Sequence record: DRR378314_778 | Strand: one strand, 5' to 3' | Length of the DNA: 64,000 nt | Part shown: positions 1-8,837 of the stretch, in pieces | Numbering within the stretch: position 1 is the first letter of the stretch | How the letters are laid out: every line of letters starts with the position of its first letter | The notes under the pieces: generated by a model | The model's database searches: none | What the model was told of the DNA's origin: nothing | What the model saw: only the letters and a program-made list of their open reading frames with translations | Program-made: the position numbers and the translations under genes

Positions 1-132
1 GCACTGCTTATTCTCGAGACCCATCATAACGACTAAAACTGCTATTGCAACTCATTCTTAACTGCAAAATAGAAAAAATAGATAATTTGAAGGTTTTTTA
101 TACTTAACTATTTGTTTTATAATAAGAAATAA

Positions 133-627
133 TTATTTCGACTTTAGGGTTTTTTGCCAGAAAAGGGCCTCTCCTGCTTCTGGATCAAGGCTGTAGGGGG
201 CAAATCCAAATTTCAAATACGCCTGCTTGGCAATCATATTTGCAGACAGAACTTCCAACGTCACTTTGCAGCAGCCTTTTTCTATCGCCAGTCTTTCCAC
301 TTCCGCTAACAGGAGCTGGGAGAGACCTGCGCCCCGAAATTGCGGCAGGATTGCGAGATCGTGAATATTGATGAGCGGGGCAGCCGCAAAGGTTGAAAAC
401 GCCTCAAAACAATTGGCCAGACCAGCAGCCTGCCCCTCGACAAAGGCGGCCAGAGTGAAGGCGTGAGGTAATTTCGAGAGTTTTTCAGCGAGTGTGTCGC
501 AGGTTTGTTTCGGCAAGGGCACCCCGCCGCCCATTGGATCGTTTGCATAGGCGTTTAACAGAGTGACTAGCAGTTTGGCGTCTTCTGGATCACTGTAATT
601 CAGGCGCCGGACGGTTATGGTGCTCAT
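133..627 (-). CDS. GNAT family N-acetyltransferase
   Basis: 164 aa; acetyl-CoA motif NIHDLAILPQFRGAGLSQ and C-terminal N..AK.AY.KFGF. Confidence 0.85.
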   Translation of the reverse strand: MSTITVRRLNYSDPEDAKLLVTLLNAYANDPMGGGVPLPKQTCDTLAEKLSKLPHAFTLAAFVEGQAAGLANCFEAFSTFAAAPLINIHDLAILPQFRGAGLSQLLLAEVERLAIEKGCCKVTLEVLSANMIAKQAYLKFGFAPYSLDPEAGEALFWQKTLKSK

Positions 628-639
628 TGGGATTACTTT

Positions 640-1317
640 TTAGCTGCGTTCAAATTGTTTGACGCCATCGTCAGTTCCGATCAGAACCAGATCCGCGTTA
701 TCGATGAAAAGACCATGTTCGACCACTCCTGGCATGGTGCTTAGCGTCAGCGCAAGTTCTTCCGGGTCGGCAATTTTTTCAAAGGCGCAATCAATAATCA
801 GGTTGTTTTCATCGGTGTAAAACAGATCGTTTGCCGATTTTCGCAATGAAGGCTGACAGCCCAGTGCCTCCATCTTTGGCAACAAGGCGCCAGCCGCGAA
901 AGGAATAACCTCAACCGGCAGTTTGAATTTGCCAAGTTGGTCCACCATTTTTTTGGTTTCGGCAATGACGATCATTTTATCAGAGAGAGAGGCGACAATC
1001 TTCTCGCGAAGATGGGCACCGCCGCCGCCTTTGATCAGACGCATTTGGGGATCGACTTCATCCGTACCATCAATGGTTAGATCAATGATCGTAACTTCAT
1101 CCAGGCCAACTACCTTGATCCCAAGCGCTCTTGCCTGCTCAGCCGTGGCTTCGGATGTGGGAACGGCAATGATATCCAGGCCGTCACTTACCAACTCACC
1201 CACAAGGTCAACCATCTTGGCAGCGGTCGAGCCTGTACCCAGCCCAACAACCATCCCGTTTTGAATATGCTTGACGGCTTCTTTGGCGGCGGCAAATTTT
1301 TGTTCGTCTTCTGTCAT
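640..1317 (-). CDS. rpiA: Ribose-5-phosphate isomerase A
   Basis: GLGTGST, DG(T)DEVD, LIKGGGGA, GVVEHGLF motifs. Confidence 0.97.
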   Translation of the reverse strand: MTEDEQKFAAAKEAVKHIQNGMVVGLGTGSTAAKMVDLVGELVSDGLDIIAVPTSEATAEQARALGIKVVGLDEVTIIDLTIDGTDEVDPQMRLIKGGGGAHLREKIVASLSDKMIVIAETKKMVDQLGKFKLPVEVIPFAAGALLPKMEALGCQPSLRKSANDLFYTDENNLIIDCAFEKIADPEELALTLSTMPGVVEHGLFIDNADLVLIGTDDGVKQFERS

Positions 1318-1332
1318 TTTACATTCCTAGTG

Positions 1333-2388
1333 TCAGGCTTTATGGCCGGCAAAGGGGGCGGGTTCAGCGTTCGGGTCCAGTGGCCACCGCGCACGGGCCG
1401 CCAGATCAAGAGGGCTGGTGTGCCCAAGTTTCAGATGTTCCAGCCCAGCCCAGGCAATCATCGCACCGTTATCAGTACACAGGGCAGGAGGGGGAACGGT
1501 CAGTTTTAGATTCTGGGTTTTTGCGAGTTCGTTCAGTTGTTGGCGTAACAATTGATTGGCGGCAACTCCGCCAGCCACGACCAAAGATTCTGCATTGGCA
1601 TAATCGGATTTATATATTTTTACCGCCTGTTTGACACGACTGATGAGCGCTTCGGTCGCGGCTTTTTGAAAACTGGCCGCCAGATCGGATTTATCCGCGG
1701 CTGTAACCGGATCTGGCAGTGATTTCAAGGCATGGCGAACAGCCGTTTTAAGGCCAGAAAAAGAAAAGTCGCAACCGGGCCTTCCCTTCATCGGGCGGGG
1801 CAGGGAAAAACGGTCCGCGTCTCCATTTCTTGCAGCTTTTTCAACGGCTGGGCCGCCCGGAAAACCAAGTCCTAGCATTTTTGCCGTTTTATCGAAGGCC
1901 TCGCCAACCGCATCGTCAATGGTTGTGCCCAAGCGCCGAAATTTACCGACCCCTTCGACGATCAGAATTTGCGAATGGCCGCCGGAAACCAGCAGAAGGA
2001 GATAAGGAAAGGCAATGGTATCAGTCATCCGAACGGTTAGGGCATGGCCCTCCAGATGGTTGACCCCGATCAAGGGAATGTCACAAACAGCACTGATGGA
2101 TTTTGCTGTCATCAAGCCGACAAGAACGCCGCCGATCAGGCCCGGGCCTGCTGTCGCGGCGACACCGTCCAGATCAGAAAAGCTAATCCCCGCCTGTTCG
2201 ATCGCTTGACGGGCCAGTTTGTCCATTTGGGTGACGTGGGCTCTGGCCGCAATTTCAGGAACCACGCCGCCAAAAGGGGCATGTTCTTCAATCTGTGACA
2301 AAACGACATTTGACAAGATGTCACCATCTGCCGTAACGACTGCGGCAGCAGTTTCATCGCAGCTACTTTCAAGACCGAGGACAATCAT
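1333..2388 (-). CDS. tsaD: tRNA N6-adenosine threonylcarbamoyltransferase
   Basis: [52 protein letters not shown]. Confidence 0.98.
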   Translation of the reverse strand: MIVLGLESSCDETAAAVVTADGDILSNVVLSQIEEHAPFGGVVPEIAARAHVTQMDKLARQAIEQAGISFSDLDGVAATAGPGLIGGVLVGLMTAKSISAVCDIPLIGVNHLEGHALTVRMTDTIAFPYLLLLVSGGHSQILIVEGVGKFRRLGTTIDDAVGEAFDKTAKMLGLGFPGGPAVEKAARNGDADRFSLPRPMKGRPGCDFSFSGLKTAVRHALKSLPDPVTAADKSDLAASFQKAATEALISRVKQAVKIYKSDYANAESLVVAGGVAANQLLRQQLNELAKTQNLKLTVPPPALCTDNGAMIAWAGLEHLKLGHTSPLDLAARARWPLDPNAEPAPFAGHKA

Positions 2389-2454
2389 TTGAATTCTATG
2401 TGAATGCGGTGCAAATTGGCTAAGGCAGTATCACTGAATAGGGTAACCCGCAAT

Positions 2455-3396
2455 ATGTCGACCCAGAAAAAATTAAAAATCGGAACCCGGGGAAGTCCGC
2501 TTGCTCTCGCCCAGGCGTATGAGACCCGGGATCGATTGATCGCCGCATATCCAGACCGTCTTTCGGAAAAGGATATGGAAATTGTGGTTATTACGACCAT
2601 GGGGGATAAAATCCAGGACCGGGCCTTAAGCGAGGTTGGCGGTAAGGGTTTGTTCGTCAAAGAGATCGAAGAAGCTCTCTACCGGGGAGATATCGATATG
2701 GCGGTTCATTCCATGAAGGACATGGAAACTTCCCTGCCGGATGGTCTTGTTATTGACTGTATTCTGCCCCGGGAAGACCCCCGGGATGCGTTTATTTCGG
2801 CAACAGGTAAAACCCTTGATGAATTACCGCCCGGCTCTGTTGTTGGCACGGCCAGCTTGCGCCGGCAGGCACAGATTCTCAACCGCCGGCCGGATCTGGA
2901 CGTTTGTATTTTCCGGGGTGCTGTTGATACCCGGCTGCGCAAGCTCCGCGAAGGACAGGCCGATGCGACCCTGTTGGCCATGGCAGGGCTGAAGCGGCTC
3001 GAAAAGGAACATGTGATCACTCATATTCTTGAGAAAGAACAAATGTTGCCTGCCGTCGCGCAGGGGGCTATCGGCATTGAATGTCGTGCAGATGATTCGG
3101 GCTTGAGAGAAATGCTGGCGGAGATCAACGACCCGATCAGCCATCTTCGCATCAGTGCGGAGCGGGCGATGCTTACCATTTTGGATGGATCCTGCCGATC
3201 GCCCATTGCGGGCTATGCGGAAATCAACAAGGATAATCACCTGGTTTTGTGGGCCAGTCTTTTGTCCCCTGATGGAAAAGATCGTTTCGATGTGATGGGT
3301 GACTGCCCGTTGGATGAGGCTGTTTCTCTGGGGCAGGAGCTGGGCCATAAGCTTCGAAATATGGCCGGTCCGGATTTTGCCGCATTTCAGATTTAG
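2455..3396 (+). CDS. hemC: Hydroxymethylbilane synthase (porphobilinogen deaminase)
   Basis: IGTRGSPLALAQ, GGKGLFVKE, AVHSMKD, LDGSCRSPI; start placed at ATG 2455 (ORF open from 2404). Confidence 0.97.
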   Translation: MSTQKKLKIGTRGSPLALAQAYETRDRLIAAYPDRLSEKDMEIVVITTMGDKIQDRALSEVGGKGLFVKEIEEALYRGDIDMAVHSMKDMETSLPDGLVIDCILPREDPRDAFISATGKTLDELPPGSVVGTASLRRQAQILNRRPDLDVCIFRGAVDTRLRKLREGQADATLLAMAGLKRLEKEHVITHILEKEQMLPAVAQGAIGIECRADDSGLREMLAEINDPISHLRISAERAMLTILDGSCRSPIAGYAEINKDNHLVLWASLLSPDGKDRFDVMGDCPLDEAVSLGQELGHKLRNMAGPDFAAFQI

Positions 3397-3405
3397 TCAA
3401 TAGAC

Positions 3406-5577
3406 ATGCAGTTTTTGATCACCCGCCCCCTTTCTGTTTCCAAAACCCTGGCTGCCAAGCTGGAGGCAGAAGGCCATACGGTCATCTCTTCTCCGTTGCT
3501 GGAAATCCGTCCCTTTGCCAACAAACACCTGGATTTGGCCGGCGTCCAGGGTTTGATCGTGACCAGTATCAATGGCATGGATAATCTTTTGTCTTCGGTA
3601 CAAGACCGCAGTTTACCGGTTTATTGTGTGGGTGATAAAACGGCCCAGGCGGCGGTGTTAGGCGGATTTGAAACTGTGAAATCTGCTGATGGGAATGTGG
3701 AAGATCTGGCCCATCTTATTCAAGGGACGGTGGATCCGGCACAAGGCACCTTGTTGCATGTGGGTGGTAAACGGTTGGCCGGAGATCTGAAAGGCATGCT
3801 GGAGCAGGCTGGGTTTTCCTATCACCGTGAAATTTTATATGATGCAGCTAAAGTAGAAGGATTTACCCAGGAAGCCCTGGATGCATTCAGGCATGGTAAA
3901 TTGCAGGGAGTCTTGTTATTCTCGCCTTATACTGCAGAAGTATTTAGTGAGATTGTCGGTTCGGCAGATCTTAGATCCCAATTGGCACAGATGGATGCCT
4001 GGTGTTTAAGCGAGAATGTCGCTGATAAAATTGACACCCTTGGTTTTCATGGGATTCATATTGCCGATCAACCGAAGGAACAATCTCTACTGGATCTGAT
4101 CAACGAGAAAGTTGGTCAAAAGACCCGGATGCATGGAGACCGGGAGAAGGGGACTAGGGAGCACATCGTGTCAGACAAGTTGAATACCGGGGATCAAAAG
4201 CCAACCTCCAAAGAGGGTGCAGCCAAGCCAGCTTCTGGCTCGAAAGCAACATCCAAACCAGCGGTTCCAGCAAGCGAAACAAGTAAGTCTTCGTCGGGCA
4301 GCGCTCAGCAAAGTCGTGCCAATACCGCATCCTCAAAACCTGCATCCGGGACAGGTGGCTCGGCATCGAGCCCTAAGGGCCCAGCGCCAGCAAAAAAGTC
4401 CGGGCAGTCGAAACTGCTTTGGACAGGTTTGGCCGTGTTTTTCATCTTTTGTCTTGGAATGGCGGCCTGGCCAATTCTTTATCCCTCTGTGTCCGGTTAT
4501 CTACCGGAGGAAACCCAGGCTCTCCTTAGCGGCGGACAAAGTGGTATAAGTGATCGTGAGCAGGCGCTTGCAAATCGGGTGGCCGAGCTTGAAGAGAAAA
4601 TGGTGTCCCTGCAAAGCGGCGGAGATATGTCTCTGCCAGAGGATATCACGGCGACTTTGGCAGAAGTGCCCGCATTGAAGATGGAAGTGGAAAATCTGAA
4701 ATCCCGTTCATCGGAAGCACCTGATGCGTTGAATAATCGATTGGCTGATCTGGAGGCGGCGCAGCAGGATTTGAGCGCAGCGGTGAAAGGGATGCAGGAT
4801 AATATCGCCGCTATTTCACCCCTGCGCCCGGCAGAGGGCTCAGACAGTGCGGCGATTGCCCCTGCGGAGGCTGAGTTGATGGCAATTCGAAGCGCCCTTG
4901 AAAATCTTTCCGGTGAAATTCGCGCCGTGAAAGAGGATCAGGCCGCCTCTAGCACTGATGTAGAATCGCAAAAATCTCAATTGGAAACCCTATCTGCTGC
5001 TTTGCGCGAAACTGTAAAAGACACTCAGTCCAGTCAGGTGAATAGTGGGGATGCCCTGGCTCTGCTGGCGTTGGGTCAATTGCAGCGAAAAAGCCAGACG
5101 GCCCAACCCTTCGACGGTGCTTGGCAACAGGCGATGGCCGTGTTGCCCGAACAATTACAACCGGATTTGAGGCAGCTGTCTGACGTTGCGCAAAAAGGGG
5201 CGCCCACTTACCGAGAGCTGACGGATAGTTTTGGTCTGCTTGCAACGGATGCGGTTCAGGCGTCACGCCTTCCAGACAGCGAAACATGGTATGGCAAGAC
5301 CCTGCATAATCTGGCGTCTCTGGTGAAATTTCGCCGGGTAGACGGTGCTCTGGATGACAGCGTTGATGCGAAAGTTGCCAGCGCCGAAGCCGCGCTTTTG
5401 GACGGTGATCTGGGATCTGCGGTGAGTGCTGTGGAAGGTCTGGATGGGGAACCGGCAAAGGTCATGGCCCCCTGGCTTGCCGGGGCGAAGTCGCGATTGT
5501 TGATTGATACAAGTCTTGCCAATCTGATCAGCAAGGCTTCGACTGATGCCCTGGATAAAAGCAGCAGTGAAAACTAG
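3406..5577 (+). CDS. hemD: Uroporphyrinogen-III synthase fused to a mitofilin/Mic60-like (COG4223-type) membrane-anchored coiled-coil protein
   Basis: N-terminal ~235 aa HemD (LITRP, TSING, CVGDKTA, LLFSP); then S/K/P/A-rich linker, one TM helix, coiled coil and mitofilin-like C-terminus (LASLVKFRR..AEAALLDGDL..W..A..R). Confidence 0.85.
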   Translation: MQFLITRPLSVSKTLAAKLEAEGHTVISSPLLEIRPFANKHLDLAGVQGLIVTSINGMDNLLSSVQDRSLPVYCVGDKTAQAAVLGGFETVKSADGNVEDLAHLIQGTVDPAQGTLLHVGGKRLAGDLKGMLEQAGFSYHREILYDAAKVEGFTQEALDAFRHGKLQGVLLFSPYTAEVFSEIVGSADLRSQLAQMDAWCLSENVADKIDTLGFHGIHIADQPKEQSLLDLINEKVGQKTRMHGDREKGTREHIVSDKLNTGDQKPTSKEGAAKPASGSKATSKPAVPASETSKSSSGSAQQSRANTASSKPASGTGGSASSPKGPAPAKKSGQSKLLWTGLAVFFIFCLGMAAWPILYPSVSGYLPEETQALLSGGQSGISDREQALANRVAELEEKMVSLQSGGDMSLPEDITATLAEVPALKMEVENLKSRSSEAPDALNNRLADLEAAQQDLSAAVKGMQDNIAAISPLRPAEGSDSAAIAPAEAELMAIRSALENLSGEIRAVKEDQAASSTDVESQKSQLETLSAALRETVKDTQSSQVNSGDALALLALGQLQRKSQTAQPFDGAWQQAMAVLPEQLQPDLRQLSDVAQKGAPTYRELTDSFGLLATDAVQASRLPDSETWYGKTLHNLASLVKFRRVDGALDDSVDAKVASAEAALLDGDLGSAVSAVEGLDGEPAKVMAPWLAGAKSRLLIDTSLANLISKASTDALDKSSSEN

Positions 5578-5586
5578 GGTGAACAG

Positions 5587-6933
5587 ATGATTAGAGCGGT
5601 CTATTTATTCGTTATTATCGCCATTCTTGCTGTGGCAGGTGTGTGGCTGGCTGATAATCCTGGCGCCGTGACATTGCGGTGGGGGAATTATGTGTTTGAA
5701 ACCAGTATGGTTGTTCTGGTGGGGCTATCTGCTGTCTTCGCGCTTTTTCTTTCCTTACTTATTCTGATTTATCGCTGGATCCGCTCCAGCCCAGGTCGGA
5801 TCGGGGATGTTTTTGCAAGTCGCAAACGCAGTAAAGGTATGGACGCCATCAGTAATGGAATGGTGGCAATTGCCTCTGGCAATCCGGATGCGGCCCGCCG
5901 CGCCGCTATTGATGCTGAGAAACATCTAAAGGGAGAGCCGCTGACCCTTCTGTTGGCAGCACAGGCGGCAGAGCTCAACCGCGATGAACGGGCGACAGAG
6001 CTCTATTATAACCGAATGACCGAACAACCAGAGACAAAGCTGCTGGGGCTTCGGGGATTGGTGGCGCAGGCCAAGCGGAATGATAATCTGCAAGAAGCGT
6101 TGGAGTTGGTGAAACGCGCCGATCGGGCGAAGCCGGGCACGGAATGGGTCACGCAGGATCTGCTTTTTCTGCATATACAGCTTGGACAATATGAAGAAGC
6201 GTTGCAGGCATTGGATAGTCATGTCAAAGGCAAGGCGTCTCGCAATGCAGAATTCCTTCGGATGCGGGCAATTTTGACCTATGAAATGGCATTGGCGCAG
6301 ATTTCCGCAGGGAAAATTGACAGTGCGCGCCAATATCTGCAGCAGTCACGAAATGCAGATAAACATTTTGTGCCCGCCGCCGTGAAAGCTATTCAATTAG
6401 CTGAAGAAGATCGCAAGCGGGAAAAACTGATTTCAGCCATCTGGACGGAAACACCTCACCCGGAAGTGGTGGAGGCAATTCAGAAGCTGGTGCCGGTTGA
6501 AAGTGAAGGGGATTGGTTTGCCCGGGCGAAACGGCTCTTTGGACATGTTAGTCCGGGTCATCGCGATAGCCTGTTGGCCTTGGCCAAGGCCGCCTTGGCG
6601 GCTCGGGAGTGGGCAGAGGCACGCGCCTATCTTGAAAAACTGGTTGATCTTGACCCCACGGCAGAGGTTTACCGCCTTCTTGCAGATTTGGAGGAGCGAG
6701 CCAATGCAGACGCAGCGGCAGCCCGAAAATGGCTCCAGAAAAGTGCAGATGCAAAACCCGATCCAGCCTGGCACTGCAGTGGCTGCGGACGGCAGGAGGC
6801 GATGTGGCATGCGACCTGCCCGACATGCCATAAATTTGATGGGTATGTCTGGCGCTCGCTCGAGCGGGGGAAAACACCCGAACTGATCGAAGCCGAGGTG
6901 GTTACAGAACTTCCAACGCCTGTGACCACATAA
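5587..6933 (+). CDS. hemY: HemY N-terminal-domain TPR membrane protein (Orf52-like) with C-terminal CxxC-CxxC zinc ribbon
   Basis: Two N-terminal TM helices around WLADNPGAV, helical repeats, WHCSGCG...CPTC; canonical position after hemD/mic60. Confidence 0.85.
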   Translation: MIRAVYLFVIIAILAVAGVWLADNPGAVTLRWGNYVFETSMVVLVGLSAVFALFLSLLILIYRWIRSSPGRIGDVFASRKRSKGMDAISNGMVAIASGNPDAARRAAIDAEKHLKGEPLTLLLAAQAAELNRDERATELYYNRMTEQPETKLLGLRGLVAQAKRNDNLQEALELVKRADRAKPGTEWVTQDLLFLHIQLGQYEEALQALDSHVKGKASRNAEFLRMRAILTYEMALAQISAGKIDSARQYLQQSRNADKHFVPAAVKAIQLAEEDRKREKLISAIWTETPHPEVVEAIQKLVPVESEGDWFARAKRLFGHVSPGHRDSLLALAKAALAAREWAEARAYLEKLVDLDPTAEVYRLLADLEERANADAAAARKWLQKSADAKPDPAWHCSGCGRQEAMWHATCPTCHKFDGYVWRSLERGKTPELIEAEVVTELPTPVTT

Positions 6934-7008
6934 GAGAAAACTTCAAGGGAACCGCCGATCCAGATCTGCTTGTCAGATCAAATCGGCCGGGTTATATAGC
7001 CTTCATGT

Positions 7009-7084
7009 GCCGCTGTAGCTCAGCTGGTAGAGCACCGCATTCGTAATGCGTAGGTCGGAGGTTCAAATCCTCTCGGCGGCACCA
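7009..7084 (+). tRNA. tRNA-Thr(CGT)
   Basis: 76-nt cloverleaf GCCGCTG-TA-GCTC..GAGC-A-CCGCA-TTCGTAA-TGCGT-AGGTC-GGAGG-TTCAAAT-CCTCT-CGGCGGC-ACCA. Confidence 0.97.
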
Positions 7085-7286
7085 TTTTCCTGTAATATTT
7101 CAATAGCTTAGGTTGTCATTGCAGGGTCTTTGAAATGAGCCTGTTTAGACACTTGCCTTGCATATATCAAACTGAAGAGTCTAGGTGCATTATAAGGTAT
7201 TGTTATTACTGGGATATTTATGGAGAGAATCCGTAAAATTGATGCGTTGCTCTTGAGCAATGTTAGATATCTAGGATTTTGCTGTG

Positions 7287-7314
7287 GTAGGTTCAAATCC
7301 TACCCCCGCAAACA
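7287..7314 (+). repeat. 3' fragment of an initiator tRNA-Met (att-like scar)
   Basis: GTAGG-TTCAAAT-CCTAC-CCCCGCA-A(A)CA matches T-arm and 3' acceptor strand of tRNA-fMet; no 5' half upstream. Confidence 0.7.
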
Positions 7315-7504
7315 AAGGTCGAGAGAAATGATCTCAATAGAACTATTCTCGACCAAATACAAAAAGGCCCTAGCCTAAGGTGGGGCTCTTTTTATTGGGA
7401 GGGTGGGACTAGGAGGAATAGCTTGGAAAAGATCCTTGAAAACTAATCTTTGACACGGGCGTGGTCAGCGCGTAGTTCCAAAAAAATTCTACATGAAAAG
7501 AAAA

Positions 7505-7539
7505 ATAAACCCACCAACTCAACATGTTGGTGGGTTTAT
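7505..7539. terminator. Intrinsic terminator-like hairpin downstream of the minus-strand dehydrogenase
   Basis: 14-bp stem ATAAACCCACCAAC / GTTGGTGGGTTTAT, A-run on the left (T-run on minus strand). Confidence 0.75.
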
Positions 7540-7595
7540 ATATTATTAGTCCGCGAAGTTAATAGAAGGCCAAAAATGGTGACTTCAAAGTGAAT

Positions 7596-8675
7596 TTATA
7601 AGTTGGAGCCGCGTACGGCCTCACAGACGGCGTCGGTTACTTCCTTTGTTGTTGCAGTACCTCCAATATCAGGTGTCATTATCCCGGAGACACAGACAGC
7701 TTCAACGGCTTTCATCAGGCGATCTGCAGCCTTTGATTCCCCTAGATGGTCAAGCATCTGAGCAGCTGTCCAGAAGGTTGCCACCGGATTGGCGATTCCC
7801 TTGCCAGTGATGTCGAAGGCGGAACCATGGATCGGTTCGAACATAGAGGGAAAACGTCTTTCAGGGTCAATGTTGGCAGTGGGAGCAACACCGAGGCTGC
7901 CGGCCAGCGCACCGGCAAGGTCCGATAGGATGTCCGCATGGAGGTTAGTGGCGACAATCGTATCCAAGCTTTTAGGGTCTTTGATCATTCGGACGGTCAT
8001 TGCATCCACCAGCATTTTGTCCCATGTCACGTCTGTGAAGTCCTTGGAGACCTCAGCTGCAATTTCATCCCACATCACCATGCCGTGACGCTGTGCGTTT
8101 GACTTAGTGACAACGGTGAGCAATTTGCGAGGCCGGGATTGTGCCAACTTGAAGGCATAGCGCATGATCCGTGTTACGCCAACACGGGTGAATACAGCAA
8201 CCTCAGTGCCGACTTCTTCAGGCAGTCCCCGGTGGGCCCGGCCACCCATCCCAGCATATTCCCCTTCTGAATTCTCACGTACGATTACCCAGTCAAGATC
8301 ACCCGGCCCGACATCGGCAAGCGGAGCCTTGATGCCTGGCAAGATCTTGGTCGGTCGGACATTTGCATATTGGTCGAACCCTTGGCATATTGGCAGGCGC
8401 AAGCCCCAAAGCGTTACATGATCGGGTACATCTGGCGCCCCAACGGCCCCAAAGAAAATGGCATCAAAGTCTTTCAAAGTTTCAGTGCCGTCCTCGGGCA
8501 TCAATTTGCCGGTCTGTTTATATCGTTCTGAGCTCCAGTCGAATTCGGTGACATCAAAGGAGAAACCGCCGTCGCGAGTTGCAAGAGCTGTGAGTACCTG
8601 TAGGCCGGCGCGAATAACCTCGGGACCGATACCGTCAGCAGGAATGGATGCAATTTTGTAATTTTTCATGGTCAT
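7596..8675 (-). CDS. Tartrate dehydrogenase / D-malate dehydrogenase (decarboxylating)
   Basis: DGIGPEV, FGAVG.P.VPDHVTLWGL, RENSEGEY, TKSNAQ, SMFEPIHGSAFDI. Confidence 0.9.
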   Translation of the reverse strand: MTMKNYKIASIPADGIGPEVIRAGLQVLTALATRDGGFSFDVTEFDWSSERYKQTGKLMPEDGTETLKDFDAIFFGAVGAPDVPDHVTLWGLRLPICQGFDQYANVRPTKILPGIKAPLADVGPGDLDWVIVRENSEGEYAGMGGRAHRGLPEEVGTEVAVFTRVGVTRIMRYAFKLAQSRPRKLLTVVTKSNAQRHGMVMWDEIAAEVSKDFTDVTWDKMLVDAMTVRMIKDPKSLDTIVATNLHADILSDLAGALAGSLGVAPTANIDPERRFPSMFEPIHGSAFDITGKGIANPVATFWTAAQMLDHLGESKAADRLMKAVEAVCVSGIMTPDIGGTATTKEVTDAVCEAVRGSNL

Positions 8676-8700
8676 TTCCTAAGGTTGAACATGTGTCAGT

Positions 8701-8823
8701 TCACAGAGAACCGCGCGCAAAAGCGATCAGGTACCAGATGAGGAGAGCGACCCCAATGGCACCAGCAATCTCAGGCCAATAGCTGAATTCATAGACTTTA
8801 TGTTCTTCGTCATTCGTGTCCAT
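8701..8823 (-). CDS. 40-aa single-TM small protein (not in ORF track): MDTNDEEHKVYEFSYWPEIAGAIGVALLIWYLIAFARGSL
   Basis: Manual translation; GAGG Shine-Dalgarno just upstream; fills the gap between dctM and the dehydrogenase in the same orientation. Confidence 0.7.
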   Translation of the reverse strand: MDTNDEEHKVYEFSYWPEIAGAIGVALLIWYLIAFARGSL

Positions 8824-8837
8824 GGGTTACCTCGTCA

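Noticed and set aside
4190-4400. Low-complexity S/K/P/A stretch
   Set aside because: Ordinary disordered linker preceding the TM helix; no nucleotide repeat array
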